Positions 36,598 to 47,124 of a DNA stretch of 64,000 bases are shown here, one piece after another. The stretch is from an uncultured Bdellovibrionales bacterium (GTDB taxonomy: Bacteria > Patescibacteriota > Minisyncoccia > Moranbacterales > UBA1568). A program made the position numbers and the translations under genes. The notes beneath the pieces were generated by a model. It made no database searches and was not told where the DNA came from. It was given only the letters and a program-made list of their open reading frames with translations. The DNA is taken from the NCBI GenBank assembly GCA_964612055.1, contig CAZTBI010000001.1, forward strand, positions 228,824 to 292,823. Direction: 5' to 3'. Within the stretch, counting starts at the first letter, position 1; each line of letters opens with the position of its first letter.

Positions 36598-37878
36598 TTA
36601 GCGAGTAGACTCGTATATTTCCAAGAGACGATTATACTTTGCGAGACGCTCTCCACGAGAAAGCGATCCTGATTTGATGAATTCCGCTCCTGTCCCGAAG
36701 GCGAGATCAGCAATGAAATCATCCACTGTTTCTCCGGAACGATGGGAAATGACCCGATTCATCCCGTGCTCTTCTGCCAAACGCATACAATCAAGTGTCT
36801 CAGAAACAGAACCGATCTGGTTCACCTTGATAAGTACTGCATTACAGGCCTTCTTTTCAATTGCTTTCTTGAGACGCTCGACATTTGTCACCAAGAGATC
36901 ATCACCGATCAGCATCAATGGCTTCTTCCAGGCAGTTTCTTCTTTTTCCAATTTCTCCTTCATAGTTGGCCATCCCTCCCAATCCTCTTCATGCAAACCA
37001 TCTTCGATAGAAACGACCGCATACTTCTGCATCCATTCACGATAGACATTGATGAGACTCTCGCGAGAAAGCGCTGCCCCTTCCGGTTTCAAAAGATATT
37101 GATCTTCTGTCTTGTCATAAAAAGAATCAGCCGCAACATCAAGTCCAACAAAAATATCTTCCCCCATTTTGTACCCAGCATCAGTCACGGCCTGACCGAT
37201 AACTTCCAGGGCCTGCGCATGACTTTCTACTCGAGGAGCAAATCCCCCCTCGTCACCTACAGCCGTTGTGAAACCGCGTTGTTCCAAAATCTTCTGTAAT
37301 GCATGAAATACTTCACTGCCTGCCCGAAGCTGCTCAGGGAAAGTCTTGATTCCAAACGGGACAATTTTAAATTCCTGAACCGAGAGACCAGAATCGGCGT
37401 GCTTTCCGCCATTCACAATATTGAACATCGGTACCGGAAAAGAAGCCTCTGACTTCTTTTTGCCGTAAAGCTCGGCAATATGTTCATACAGTGGCATCTT
37501 GGCAGACTTAGCGGCAGCACGACAGGCAGCCAAGGAAACACCCAAGATAGCATTGGCTCCAAGACGCCCCTTATTCGGAGTACCATCAAGTGCCGTCATC
37601 TTCTCATCAAGTGCTTTTTGATCAGCAGCATCCATCCCGAGCACTGCTTCAGCGATTTCTGTGTTGACGTTAGCAACGGCCTGGAGTACTCCGGCGCCAC
37701 GATAACGCTTCGTATCACCATCGCGAAGCTCAACTGCTTCAAAGGCACCTGTTGATTTCCCGGATGGGACACCGGCACGCGCTACAATACCATCATCCAG
37801 GGTCACTTTTACCTCTACGGTTGGCTCACCACGAGAATCCAGAATCTCTCTCGCCTGTACAGCAGTAATTTTTGCCAT
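36598..37878 (-). CDS. eno: Enolase
   Basis: Full-length enolase signatures. Confidence 0.95.
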   Translation of the reverse strand: MAKITAVQAREILDSRGEPTVEVKVTLDDGIVARAGVPSGKSTGAFEAVELRDGDTKRYRGAGVLQAVANVNTEIAEAVLGMDAADQKALDEKMTALDGTPNKGRLGANAILGVSLAACRAAAKSAKMPLYEHIAELYGKKKSEASFPVPMFNIVNGGKHADSGLSVQEFKIVPFGIKTFPEQLRAGSEVFHALQKILEQRGFTTAVGDEGGFAPRVESHAQALEVIGQAVTDAGYKMGEDIFVGLDVAADSFYDKTEDQYLLKPEGAALSRESLINVYREWMQKYAVVSIEDGLHEEDWEGWPTMKEKLEKEETAWKKPLMLIGDDLLVTNVERLKKAIEKKACNAVLIKVNQIGSVSETLDCMRLAEEHGMNRVISHRSGETVDDFIADLAFGTGAEFIKSGSLSRGERLAKYNRLLEIYESTR

Positions 37879-37924
37879 AGATTCATTTCAACAGTTTAGT
37901 ATTCGGAAACTTTTCTTTAGTATA

Positions 37925-38974
37925 TCATGCCGTGAGTACGAGTAACCCAGGAAGCTCTTGGCCGCCCAAGTATTCGAGCATGGCTCCACCACCAGAAGAA
38001 ACAAAACTAACTTTTTTGATCGCATCAGCCTTTTCCAGAACCGCCAGCGACTCTCCACCGCCGATGACCACATAGGCTTCGCTCTTCAAAAGTGCATAGA
38101 GGATGGCCTCTGTCCCGATGTCATAGGGCTTCTCTTCAAACTTTCCCATCGGACCATTCCAAATAATCGTTTTGGCCATAGCAATAATCTGCGTGTAGTA
38201 AGCGACCGTCTGAGGACCAATGTCGAGTCTGAGATCAGAGTCAAAATCTTTTGGCAAAAGCACTTTCTCAGAAAAAACGAGCTTCTGATCAATAGCTTCA
38301 TTGGCTACCTTTCCTCCTACCAAGATAGCATCGTAATTCTTTTCCAAGGCTGAGATAAGCGGCAGCTTCGTTTCAATTTTTGCCCCACCAATAATAGCGA
38401 TGGCTGGATGCTCTGGTGAAAGACGGATACGATCAAGTTCGGTAATCTCTTCACACAAACGGAGACCGGCGTACGATGGAAGGAGCTTGGTTATCGCCTC
38501 AACCGAGGCATGCGCCCGATGACAAACGCTAAAGGCCTCATTGACGTACAAGGTGAAAGGAGCGGCTAATTTCTCTGCAAAAGCGGCATCATTTTGTTCT
38601 TCTTCCGGATAAAAACGCACGTTCTCCAGTAACAGTATCTGATTCTCTGAAAGCTGTTCAAGAGCTTCTTTGACGCCGTCACCGATGCAATCAGGAACAA
38701 ACACGACCGATCTCCCGAGGGAGCGCTCTATAGCGGGAATAAGTTTAGCCACCGAAGCCTCTTCATCTCTCTTCCCATCCGGGCGCCCAAAGTGGGTCAA
38801 AAGAGCGATCTTCACTCCAGAGGAAGAGGCAATAAGATCAATCGTTTTTTTGGCAATACTGAGACGAAAGTGCTCTTCACTGCCAGCTAGATTACTCTGC
38901 TCAATATTGAAATCGACACGTATCAACACTCTTTGATGAGAAACATCCGCTCCTTCAATACTCCGTAGCGCCAT
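37925..38974 (-). CDS. pgk: Phosphoglycerate kinase (short, 349 aa)
   Basis: PGK N- and C-domain motifs. Confidence 0.8.
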   Translation of the reverse strand: MALRSIEGADVSHQRVLIRVDFNIEQSNLAGSEEHFRLSIAKKTIDLIASSSGVKIALLTHFGRPDGKRDEEASVAKLIPAIERSLGRSVVFVPDCIGDGVKEALEQLSENQILLLENVRFYPEEEQNDAAFAEKLAAPFTLYVNEAFSVCHRAHASVEAITKLLPSYAGLRLCEEITELDRIRLSPEHPAIAIIGGAKIETKLPLISALEKNYDAILVGGKVANEAIDQKLVFSEKVLLPKDFDSDLRLDIGPQTVAYYTQIIAMAKTIIWNGPMGKFEEKPYDIGTEAILYALLKSEAYVVIGGGESLAVLEKADAIKKVSFVSSGGGAMLEYLGGQELPGLLVLTA

Positions 38975-39001
38975 ACATTTGAAAACATTATATATTATTT
39001 T

Positions 39002-40135
39002 CTATTTCCCCATTCCCAAAATACCGATCATTACTCCGATGAGAGCTGTCAGCGCCGTAAATATCCAAGCTCGCATGACAATTTTCGGTTCTGGCCAACC
39101 CTTGGCCTCGAAATGATGGTGAATAGGAGCAGCCAAAAATATTTTCCGTCCGAAATATTTCTTACTCAAAAGCTGCAGCGCCGCACTGCCTGATTCGATG
39201 GAGTAGAGTGCCACAATAATAAAAAGTACCAAGGCGGAGTTGGTCATCATAGCTACCACGCCAAGCGTTGTCCCGAGAGCAATAGCGCCGGTATCACCCA
39301 TGAAAAAGCGGGCGGGGTAGATATTGAACCAGAGAAATGCCATAAGCGCCCCAGCGAGTGCCGCACAAAAGGCGGCTAGATCCATCTTGTTGTGCACAAA
39401 CGCGATGAGCGAGAAAGCACTAAAGGCGATGAGGAGAACTCCACCATTCAAACCATCCAGGCCATCTGTTTCATTGGAAGAAATGGCTGCAAAGAGAATA
39501 ACGAAGATAAAGAGCGGAATATACCACCAACCAATCGTGAAATCGCCAATAGCTGGTACATGAATCTCATCCCAACCAAGCTTGCTATAAAACCACCAAG
39601 CACCAAGACCGGCGATAGCAAAAAGCCACCAAAAACGAAAAGCAAAACGCATACCACCACCTTTGTTCGTCCCGCGACCCCGAACACTCATGTAATCATC
39701 AAAGAGCCCTAAAATACCAGCTGTGATGAGGACAAAAAGTGGTAACCATACCTGAGAGCGCTTGAAAAAATCGAGCCGCGCGATAAAGTTGGTACTGGTC
39801 CACTCGGCAATAAATGGAAAGACGTAGTGGGAAAGGAGAACAAGTATAAGCACCGTGAACCAAACAATCACCCCACCCATCGTTGGCGTTCCTGCTTTAA
39901 TCGCGTGCATCTTGTTCACAAACGTCAGCTGCTCACCGTTGACTGATTTTTCCTTTATCTTGATCCCGAATTTATATTTGTAGAGAAGGTGTGTCCAAAG
40001 CGGTGTCAAAGCAAAAGCGATAAGAAAAGCCAGAAGTCCTGTCGTCAAAACCTTGAGAACATTGATGATCTGAGGAACACTCTGTATCTGGGCAATCTGG
40101 ATCGTTTCCATAAAGTAAGAAAAAATTATTTCCAA
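39002..40135 (-). CDS. mraY: Phospho-N-acetylmuramoyl-pentapeptide transferase
   Basis: NETDGLDGL and HHHFE motifs; 10 TM helices. Confidence 0.9.
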   Translation of the reverse strand: MEIIFSYFMETIQIAQIQSVPQIINVLKVLTTGLLAFLIAFALTPLWTHLLYKYKFGIKIKEKSVNGEQLTFVNKMHAIKAGTPTMGGVIVWFTVLILVLLSHYVFPFIAEWTSTNFIARLDFFKRSQVWLPLFVLITAGILGLFDDYMSVRGRGTNKGGGMRFAFRFWWLFAIAGLGAWWFYSKLGWDEIHVPAIGDFTIGWWYIPLFIFVILFAAISSNETDGLDGLNGGVLLIAFSAFSLIAFVHNKMDLAAFCAALAGALMAFLWFNIYPARFFMGDTGAIALGTTLGVVAMMTNSALVLFIIVALYSIESGSAALQLLSKKYFGRKIFLAAPIHHHFEAKGWPEPKIVMRAWIFTALTALIGVMIGILGMGK

Positions 40136-41163
40136 TCAAAAGCCTGAAAACTCCAGTCAAACATGGAGCGGACGCTCTGCCAACGTGACTGATCATCGAG
40201 TACCACTGCCACGATCTTGTGATTCTCAGTTCGATCAGTCGCTACTGCCAAGAGCGAGTACCCAGCGAGTGGCGTAAAACCAGTCTTGGTACCAATCAGG
40301 TTTGGAAATTGCCCGAGGAGCTGGTCAGTGTTGAAAATTTCATGCGTATATTTTCCATCACTCGAAGTAATATACACTTTTTCAAAACGCATGATTTCCC
40401 AAATCTCTGGGAATTTCAAAGCATGTGTCGCAATTTTCGCCACATCAGAAGCCGTAGAGTAGCATTCCGTTTCTCGACCATCAGGCTCGAGACCAGAAGG
40501 TGTACAGAAATGGGAATTTACCAAGCCAAGTTCCAACGCTCGTTCGTTCATGATCTTGGCAAAACCGTCTTGCGTCTTGCCCATATGTTTCCCAAGAGCA
40601 ATAGCGGCATCGTTAGCACTATTCATCAGCGCTGCTTTGAGCAGATCACGAGCCGTGAGTTTCTCTCCTGGCTTGAGTCGAATACCATTACAGAAACCAG
40701 AGCGTGGACACCCTACCCGAGTGCCATCAGAGTAGATCGCTTCTTCATCGATCGTTACCAATTCATCAAGATTCTTGATTCGTTCCATGACAAGTGTCGC
40801 GGTAAAAAGCTTGGTCAATGACGCGATCTGGCGCCTTTGATCAGCATTTCTCTCGTAGAGAACTTTCCCAGATTCCGCATCAACGATGATTGAAGCGTGC
40901 GCCGTCACAATAGAAAGACGAGGCGAGTATTCTTTTAGTTCAGGCTGAAAACTGGTCGCTAATTCGCGACTTTCAGCTACCAATGGCTCAGTAATGAGGG
41001 ACGTTACGCTTTGATCACGCTTCTCTTTCCCGCCGAAACGCTCATCTTCAACTTGCAAAAAACCGAGAATATTTTTCCCATGAGCAATAAGAGAACCGCC
41101 CTTTCCACCTACGGTGATATAGACTGCCCCCGCAACAATAATGAGAAGTATCAGTACGCGCAT
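40126..41163 (-). CDS. D-alanyl-D-alanine carboxypeptidase (S11, PBP5/6-like)
   Basis: SLTK, SAND and KTGFT motifs. Confidence 0.8.
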   Translation of the reverse strand: MRVLILLIIVAGAVYITVGGKGGSLIAHGKNILGFLQVEDERFGGKEKRDQSVTSLITEPLVAESRELATSFQPELKEYSPRLSIVTAHASIIVDAESGKVLYERNADQRRQIASLTKLFTATLVMERIKNLDELVTIDEEAIYSDGTRVGCPRSGFCNGIRLKPGEKLTARDLLKAALMNSANDAAIALGKHMGKTQDGFAKIMNERALELGLVNSHFCTPSGLEPDGRETECYSTASDVAKIATHALKFPEIWEIMRFEKVYITSSDGKYTHEIFNTDQLLGQFPNLIGTKTGFTPLAGYSLLAVATDRTENHKIVAVVLDDQSRWQSVRSMFDWSFQAFDWK

Positions 41164-41166
41164 ATC

Positions 41167-41772
41167 CTATTTGTTTTCATTTTCAGTTGATTGAGAGAGC
41201 ACTTCTTCCGGTGCCGCTCCAGCTTCTTGCTCTAGAATCATGCGGAGACGCTCATCCTGCGAAAGAGCTTCGTACTGGGGGAGCTCAGAAACCTTTTCGA
41301 TACCGAGTACCTGTAGAAAGTGGAGCGTCGGACGATAGAGATAGCCACGACTATCACTCGGATTCCCCTCACGGGATATCAAATCTCGCAGAAGGAGATT
41401 ACGGAGCGTGAAGCTACAATTCACCCCTCGAATAGCATCGATCTCAACTCGAGCAATCGGGGCTCGATAAGCGATAATCGCCAAAACCTCCAGCGCTGCT
41501 TTGCTCATGTTTTCTTGAAGCGTGCTCTTGGTGAGAGACTCCACCACTGAGGCATTTTCTGGTTTTGTAGCTAAAAGCGCTGTCTTGTCATCTCGTACAA
41601 GCATAAGCCCCCTTTCAGTATCCTCTCCATATTTTTGAGCCAATTGGTCAAGAGCTGTACGTACCTCTTCCTCTGGAATTTCAAGAATTTTTGCTATCCG
41701 AGATACGGAAACCGGTTCTCCGCTGACGAAGAGGAGTGATTCCAAGACTGAAAGAGGATGCGTGTGTGCCAT
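41167..41772 (-). CDS. scpB: Segregation and condensation protein B
   Basis: ScpB winged-helix repeats. Confidence 0.85.
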   Translation of the reverse strand: MAHTHPLSVLESLLFVSGEPVSVSRIAKILEIPEEEVRTALDQLAQKYGEDTERGLMLVRDDKTALLATKPENASVVESLTKSTLQENMSKAALEVLAIIAYRAPIARVEIDAIRGVNCSFTLRNLLLRDLISREGNPSDSRGYLYRPTLHFLQVLGIEKVSELPQYEALSQDERLRMILEQEAGAAPEEVLSQSTENENK

Positions 41773-41778
41773 AAAATT

Positions 41779-42483
41779 CTAGACGAGGCGTTTTATTCGA
41801 ATATCACTGAAAAACTTTTCTTGTTCCACATGGATGAAACGCTGCTTGATGAGTTCGAGCATAGCGAGGAAAGAAACGATCACTTCTACCTTATCCTGTG
41901 CCGTACTGATAATCTCATGAAAGGAGGATTCCACTCTTTCGGAAAGGGTTCTCTGTAAAAGCGCGATCTTCTCTTCCAAGGTTATGATAGCCGCCACTTC
42001 CTTTTCTGGAAGCACTTCAAACACCGGAATATCCCCCAAAACACTCATGAAGTGATCATGCAACGCTTCTTTGGTAATGTCTTTGGGAGGATAAAAAACT
42101 ACTTGCGTCCCTAAGAAACTTTCCCGAGAAAAGGCGCCACGAGACTTCATGAAGAGATTTCCGAGTCCCAACGAAGCTTCTCGGAAGAGTTTGTAGGCTT
42201 TGAGACGATACTCCAGATCCTCCATCGCCTCTTCCTCTTCATCACTGAAATCAAGCACCGGAAGCAGCGCTCGTGACTTGATCAAGATCAACCGGGCAGC
42301 GATTGAGAGGAAAACGGAAAGATTTTCAAGGGTGATCGCCTCTTCATCACGAATATAAGCCAGGTACTGATCAGCCACCTGCGCCAAACTGACCTGCGTG
42401 ATATCAAGCTTTTCTTTTTCTATTAAAGCAAGCAAAAGATCAAGTGGTCCTTCGAACTTCTCGAGATGAAAGTGATAGGCCAT
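41779..42483 (-). CDS. scpA: Segregation and condensation protein A
   Basis: FEGPLDLLLALIEKEKLDI motif. Confidence 0.85.
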   Translation of the reverse strand: MAYHFHLEKFEGPLDLLLALIEKEKLDITQVSLAQVADQYLAYIRDEEAITLENLSVFLSIAARLILIKSRALLPVLDFSDEEEEAMEDLEYRLKAYKLFREASLGLGNLFMKSRGAFSRESFLGTQVVFYPPKDITKEALHDHFMSVLGDIPVFEVLPEKEVAAIITLEEKIALLQRTLSERVESSFHEIISTAQDKVEVIVSFLAMLELIKQRFIHVEQEKFFSDIRIKRLV

Positions 42484-42561
42484 AACAAAGAGGAAATGCT
42501 TTACTACATTTCCTCACTAGAATACCATTTTTTTTATCTTTTTCCAAGGAAAGAAGTCGCT

Positions 42562-43755
42562 TTATAAAGCCATCCGAAGGCGTTCCCGAGCACTCTTTGT
42601 ATCTTTCAAGAACAGAGTCTCTATCAGAGCGAAGAAAAGCATCAGGGCCACGATAAAGAAAACGCTCCAAACAGGGAAAAGGAGGAGCATAAGGGTCGAA
42701 AGAATGGCGGCCACAATATTTGCGAGCGGTCTGGCGGTCCGGAAAAAAGCAATAACGTCGAGATTGTCGCCATCAATTTGCTTGTAGAAATAGGAATCAC
42801 GAAGGATCTCAATACCAGCAATGCCCACCCGCGTCATAAAAAGCGCCGTCCCCCACACGGCCAAATTACCTGCTGGAAGAAAGGGTAGTACCAATGTCGC
42901 AGCCATGACAATGGCGATACTTCCCATAAGCATTTCTTTTTCTCCAAAATAACGATCCGCGAGCACTCCCAACGGGTACTGGAGCAGAACAAATGGGATG
43001 AGCATGACGGTAAAAATGATCCCAATATCACTCCAAGAGAATCCAAGGGAACGAAGATAGATCGGCGTATAGATAATCATGAGCGCATAGAAGAATTCCA
43101 TAGCAAAAGAAATATGATAAATGCGGAGTAAATTTCTCTCCTGCATCATTTTTTTCACCGTCTCACGAAAGCGAAGCTTCTCCTGAAATACATGATTATC
43201 CTTACGGAAACCGAGGAGCGCCATAACAAAAACTAACGCATACCCAACGACCAGAACCAAGAAGATTCCATCATAACTGAACCGATCAAGCGTTTGGAGC
43301 GAAAGAAATGGCGCTATAAGAAGCCCAGCATTCATGATAGTCAGGTAGAGACCACGAATAGTTCCAGAGACATGATCCTTAGAAAAGCTTTCCAAGAGAA
43401 TATCGAGCGCCACCCAGGTCACATTCGTTGTGACAATAAGAAACAGCGCTACGCCAAGCGTCACCCATTGATTCGTGACCACCGCTAAAATCGCTGCCGC
43501 ACAGATACTCATCCCCAATGAGAGATAGAGAATCCGCGCCTTGCCCATGAAACGAATGAGTGGCTGGAGGTAAAACAATGTTATCAGTACTCCTCCATAA
43601 CCCAAGAAGTAGAAGATGCCAACATTCGTTACCCCAGAAACCACTGAAAAATACGTAGAGAGTACGTAGATAAAAAAAGCATCAAGAAATCCGATGATGA
43701 AGGAGATGAGGCTGATGAGGCGAATTTTGTTTTTTTGTAGATTTTCTTCGGTCAT
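42562..43755 (-). CDS. MFS transporter
   Basis: 12 TM segments. Start moved to MTEENLQK to avoid overlap with the next gene. Confidence 0.65.
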   Translation of the reverse strand: MTEENLQKNKIRLISLISFIIGFLDAFFIYVLSTYFSVVSGVTNVGIFYFLGYGGVLITLFYLQPLIRFMGKARILYLSLGMSICAAAILAVVTNQWVTLGVALFLIVTTNVTWVALDILLESFSKDHVSGTIRGLYLTIMNAGLLIAPFLSLQTLDRFSYDGIFLVLVVGYALVFVMALLGFRKDNHVFQEKLRFRETVKKMMQERNLLRIYHISFAMEFFYALMIIYTPIYLRSLGFSWSDIGIIFTVMLIPFVLLQYPLGVLADRYFGEKEMLMGSIAIVMAATLVLPFLPAGNLAVWGTALFMTRVGIAGIEILRDSYFYKQIDGDNLDVIAFFRTARPLANIVAAILSTLMLLLFPVWSVFFIVALMLFFALIETLFLKDTKSARERLRMAL

Positions 43756-43792
43756 TTTTGTTTTTTTCTCTTCGTAGTATGCCACAAAGATG

Positions 43793-44206
43793 CTATTCGA
43801 GACAGCTCGGGACATAACCGCGCTTTTCTGCCTCTTCTTTTGAGGCAAAACATACTCTGTTTTCCGGCTTAATCCTCTTGGCTACCGCACAGGTCGGAAG
43901 GTGATATTTGTTCGAATTCTTACTTCCCACAAAAACACAGCCTGTTTTTTCGCTACTTTTGGCGACAATTGGCTCAACATGCGAGAGTACCTGTTGTTCA
44001 GAAGACGGAACGGTTTCAGTCCCGGCCGAAGTAATACTCTCGATAGGAACCGACGGAAGAGACAAAACAAGCGGCGTTTCCTGCTTCATTTTCCCCTGAA
44101 GCAGGCCTGCCTCAAAACAGAGGACTCCTACCAGTAAAACTCCGATGAGCGCCCCTAAACGCCCTTTATTCTCTTGTAACCACTGTAAGATACGTTCTTT
44201 CATAGC
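43793..44206 (-). CDS. Membrane-anchored protein with an Ada-like zinc-binding domain
   Basis: C-terminal KYHLPTCAVAKRIKPENRVCFASKEEAEKRGYVPS resembles the Ada N-terminal metal-binding motif. Start at MKERILQ. Confidence 0.45.
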   Translation of the reverse strand, partial: AMKERILQWLQENKGRLGALIGVLLVGVLCFEAGLLQGKMKQETPLVLSLPSVPIESITSAGTETVPSSEQQVLSHVEPIVAKSSEKTGCVFVGSKNSNKYHLPTCAVAKRIKPENRVCFASKEEAEKRGYVPSCLE

Positions 44207-44370
44207 ATACTTGACCAATAGCCAGAGCCGTGATATACTCCCTCTACAGTATATCGCACTTTCCGTAATGTGTAAGCGCTCCCTCGTGCCGTTACAAGTC
44301 CGTACTTCGACAGGCATACCAGGGAAAGGATTGAGTGTTTTTCATACTTAAACTTGTAACGGTATAAATT

Positions 44371-44661
44371 ATGGCAACCAGAAAAGCAGGTGGATCAACC
44401 ACCCTCGGCCGCGATTCGATTTCTAAGCGTCTCGGCGTCAAAATCTTCGGTAACCAGGCTGTTGCCGTCGGTAACATCATCATCCGTCAGCGTGGAACCC
44501 AGTTCCACCCAGGCAAGAACGTCAAGCGTGGTGAAGATGATACCCTCTTTGCCCTAGCCTCCGGATTCGTCGAATTCCAGGCTCGCAAGGTCAAGGACTT
44601 CACTGGTAAGATCGTTTCCCGAACCTTCGTGAACATCCTCCCAGAGAAGAAGCAGTCCTAA
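44371..44661 (+). CDS. rpmA: 50S ribosomal protein L27
   Basis: [18 protein letters not shown]...[13 protein letters not shown]. Confidence 0.9.
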   Translation: MATRKAGGSTTLGRDSISKRLGVKIFGNQAVAVGNIIIRQRGTQFHPGKNVKRGEDDTLFALASGFVEFQARKVKDFTGKIVSRTFVNILPEKKQS

Positions 44662-44671
44662 TACTTCCGAT

Positions 44672-44706
44672 ATAAAAAACACCTCCTTCCGGGGGTGTTT
44701 TTTATT
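44672..44706. terminator. Bidirectional terminator between rpmA and pyrG
   Basis: ACACCTCCTTCCGGGGGTGT followed by TTTTTT. Confidence 0.6.
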
Positions 44707-44722
44707 ACTCCAAAGACTACTC

Positions 44723-46372
44723 CTACTTCTTCTTACAAGCTTCAAGAAAAGCGACAAAGAGCGGGTGCGGGTGAAGCAGCGAGGACTGGAATTCCGGGTG
44801 GAACTGGGTCGCCAGGAAAAACGGGTGCTTCTCTTTCGGAAGCTCGGCAATCTCCATGAGCACACCATTCGGCGAAGTCGCGGAGAATACCATACCAGCC
44901 TTTTTCAACTGCTCTACATATTCTGGATTCACTTCATAGCGATGGCGATGACGCTCAAGAATCCTTTCTGTACCGTAGGCTTTGGCAGCCAGAGTCTTTG
45001 GCAGAACCTTGGCTTCATAGTGACCGAGGCGCATCGTCGCCCCATAATTTTTCTTGCGGAGGTTCTCTTTTTGCTCCGGCATGATATCGACTACTGGCTG
45101 GGTCGTTTTTTGATTGACTTCGGTGGTATGAGCCTCTTTCAATCCCACCACGTGACGGGCATATTCGATGACGGCCAGTTGCATGCCGTAGCACAAACCA
45201 AAATATGGAATCTGATTTTCACGACAGAAACGAATAGCATTAATCTTTCCTTCAATACCACGACTCCCGAAACCGCCAGGAATAATAATACCGTCATACT
45301 TTTTGAGTCCCTTCAATCTCTTCGCATCCCCTTCAAACTCGGTACTATCAATCCAGGTCAATTCTGCTTTGCGCCCCACCTGACAGGCAGCGTGTTTCAA
45401 TGCTTCAATAACGCTAATATAGGCATCAGAGAGGACAAAATCACCGGTCTTAAAATACTTCCCTACTACACCAATTTTCACTACCTCCTTGGCCGCTTTG
45501 ATACGCTTCACCCGCTTCTCCCATTCCCCGATACCAATCACTTTCTTCGCCTTCAAACCAAGCTTCTTCAAAAGGATGTCGCTCAGGTGATCCTTCTCAA
45601 AATTTACTGGTACATCATAGATACTCTCAACATCTGGGGCACTGATGACGTCTTCCCTGTGAACATTGCAAAAAACCGCAATCTTTTCTTTGCGTTTCTC
45701 ATCCAGCGGTCGATCAGCCCGAGCAATGATAATATCCGGTTGAATGCCAGTACCATTTAAGGTTCGGACAGCATGTTGTGTTGGTTTCGTCTTCATCTCC
45801 CCTACCTTGGATGGCGTAGGAATATAGCTCACAATGGCGGTGATCACATCTCCTGGCTGCTCGGTTTTGAGCATACGGATAGCTTCGAGAAAAAGGATGT
45901 TCTCATACTCCCCAACTGTTCCACCAATTTCAATGATCGCGATATCAGCCTTGGCTTGTTTCACCGCCCTCTTGATGCGACTGATCACTTCCATCGGAAT
46001 ATGTGGCACCACCTGGACACATTTCCCGGCATATTCCAGGTTCCTCTCCTTTTCAATGACGGTTTTGTAGACCAAGCCGGTCGTCATGTAGTTATCCCGA
46101 GTCAGTTCAATATTCAAAAAACGCTCATAATTCCCCATGTCTTGATCAGTCTCGTACCCATCTTTCAAAACAAACACTTCGCCGTGCTCGGTCGGGTTCA
46201 TAGTGCCAGCATCGACGTTGATGTACGGATCAATCTTGAGCGCCGTCACATTGAAGCCCTTCCCCTGAAGAATCTTACCTATAGAGGACGTCGCGATACC
46301 CTTACCGACACCGCTCATCACACCGCCTACTACGAAAATATACTTGGTCTGCTTCGCTTTTTGTTTTGCCAT
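44723..46372 (-). CDS. pyrG: CTP synthase
   Basis: Full-length synthase domain plus a glutamine amidotransferase domain. Confidence 0.95.
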   Translation of the reverse strand: MAKQKAKQTKYIFVVGGVMSGVGKGIATSSIGKILQGKGFNVTALKIDPYINVDAGTMNPTEHGEVFVLKDGYETDQDMGNYERFLNIELTRDNYMTTGLVYKTVIEKERNLEYAGKCVQVVPHIPMEVISRIKRAVKQAKADIAIIEIGGTVGEYENILFLEAIRMLKTEQPGDVITAIVSYIPTPSKVGEMKTKPTQHAVRTLNGTGIQPDIIIARADRPLDEKRKEKIAVFCNVHREDVISAPDVESIYDVPVNFEKDHLSDILLKKLGLKAKKVIGIGEWEKRVKRIKAAKEVVKIGVVGKYFKTGDFVLSDAYISVIEALKHAACQVGRKAELTWIDSTEFEGDAKRLKGLKKYDGIIIPGGFGSRGIEGKINAIRFCRENQIPYFGLCYGMQLAVIEYARHVVGLKEAHTTEVNQKTTQPVVDIMPEQKENLRKKNYGATMRLGHYEAKVLPKTLAAKAYGTERILERHRHRYEVNPEYVEQLKKAGMVFSATSPNGVLMEIAELPKEKHPFFLATQFHPEFQSSLLHPHPLFVAFLEACKKK

Positions 46373-46543
46373 ACGAGTATGAAAAATGATTTTTATTACT
46401 AAACGAAGCGAGTGAAAAGAAAATTTATTTTCGTTTCCGAGCGAGTGCTAGTAAAATCAGGACAATATTTTACCTGTTATAGAGAAAGAGCCGCTACCAG
46501 GGACAGTGTGGGGAGCGGCTCTTTGTAAAATAGCGTTCGATCT

Positions 46544-46984
46544 TTACTCCGATTCTATCAGAACGGTAAAGCTCGCCTTCACTCCGTGACCGAAATCCGC
46601 TGAAACAGGGAATTCACCCACTTCTTTGAGAGCCTTATCTAAAACGATCACTTCTTTACTCACCTTGATACCCAGAGCTTCCAAAGCAGTAGCCACTTCT
46701 TCGCGCCCTACAGAACCGAAGAGTTTTCCTTTTTCAGCCTTGCTCTTGATCACCACTTTCTTGCCAGAAAGTGAAGTAGCTACCGTACGGTGCTCCTCAG
46801 TTGTTTTGGCCATTTCTTCCTTCCGCTTCGCAATAAAACGTTCCGCCTGTTTGATCGCACCAGGCGTCGCCAAATCAGCCAACCCTTCCGGAAGGAGATA
46901 GTTAAATCCGTAACCATTTTTTACTTCTTTGATGTCCAAAGCTTTTCCTAAGCCTTTCACATCCGTCAAAAGAATCACCTTCAT
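46544..46984 (-). CDS. rplI: 50S ribosomal protein L9
   Basis: MKVILLTDVKGLGK. Confidence 0.85.
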   Translation of the reverse strand: MKVILLTDVKGLGKALDIKEVKNGYGFNYLLPEGLADLATPGAIKQAERFIAKRKEEMAKTTEEHRTVATSLSGKKVVIKSKAEKGKLFGSVGREEVATALEALGIKVSKEVIVLDKALKEVGEFPVSADFGHGVKASFTVLIESE

Positions 46985-47124
46985 AGTGCAGTCATTCATC
47001 TATTACTCCGGTCAGCATACCGTACTTCCAGCCTTTTGGCAAGCAACCCGTCTTAATAAAAGAGTATGTCTCGGTAAGAAAAAAGCCTTGAGGGAGATAC
47101 CCACAAGGCCTGGAGCCCGAAAGC

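Noticed and set aside
46440-46460. GAGTGCTAG resembling a CIRCE half-site upstream of pyrG
   Set aside because: No partner TTAGCACTC half at the required 9-nt spacing.
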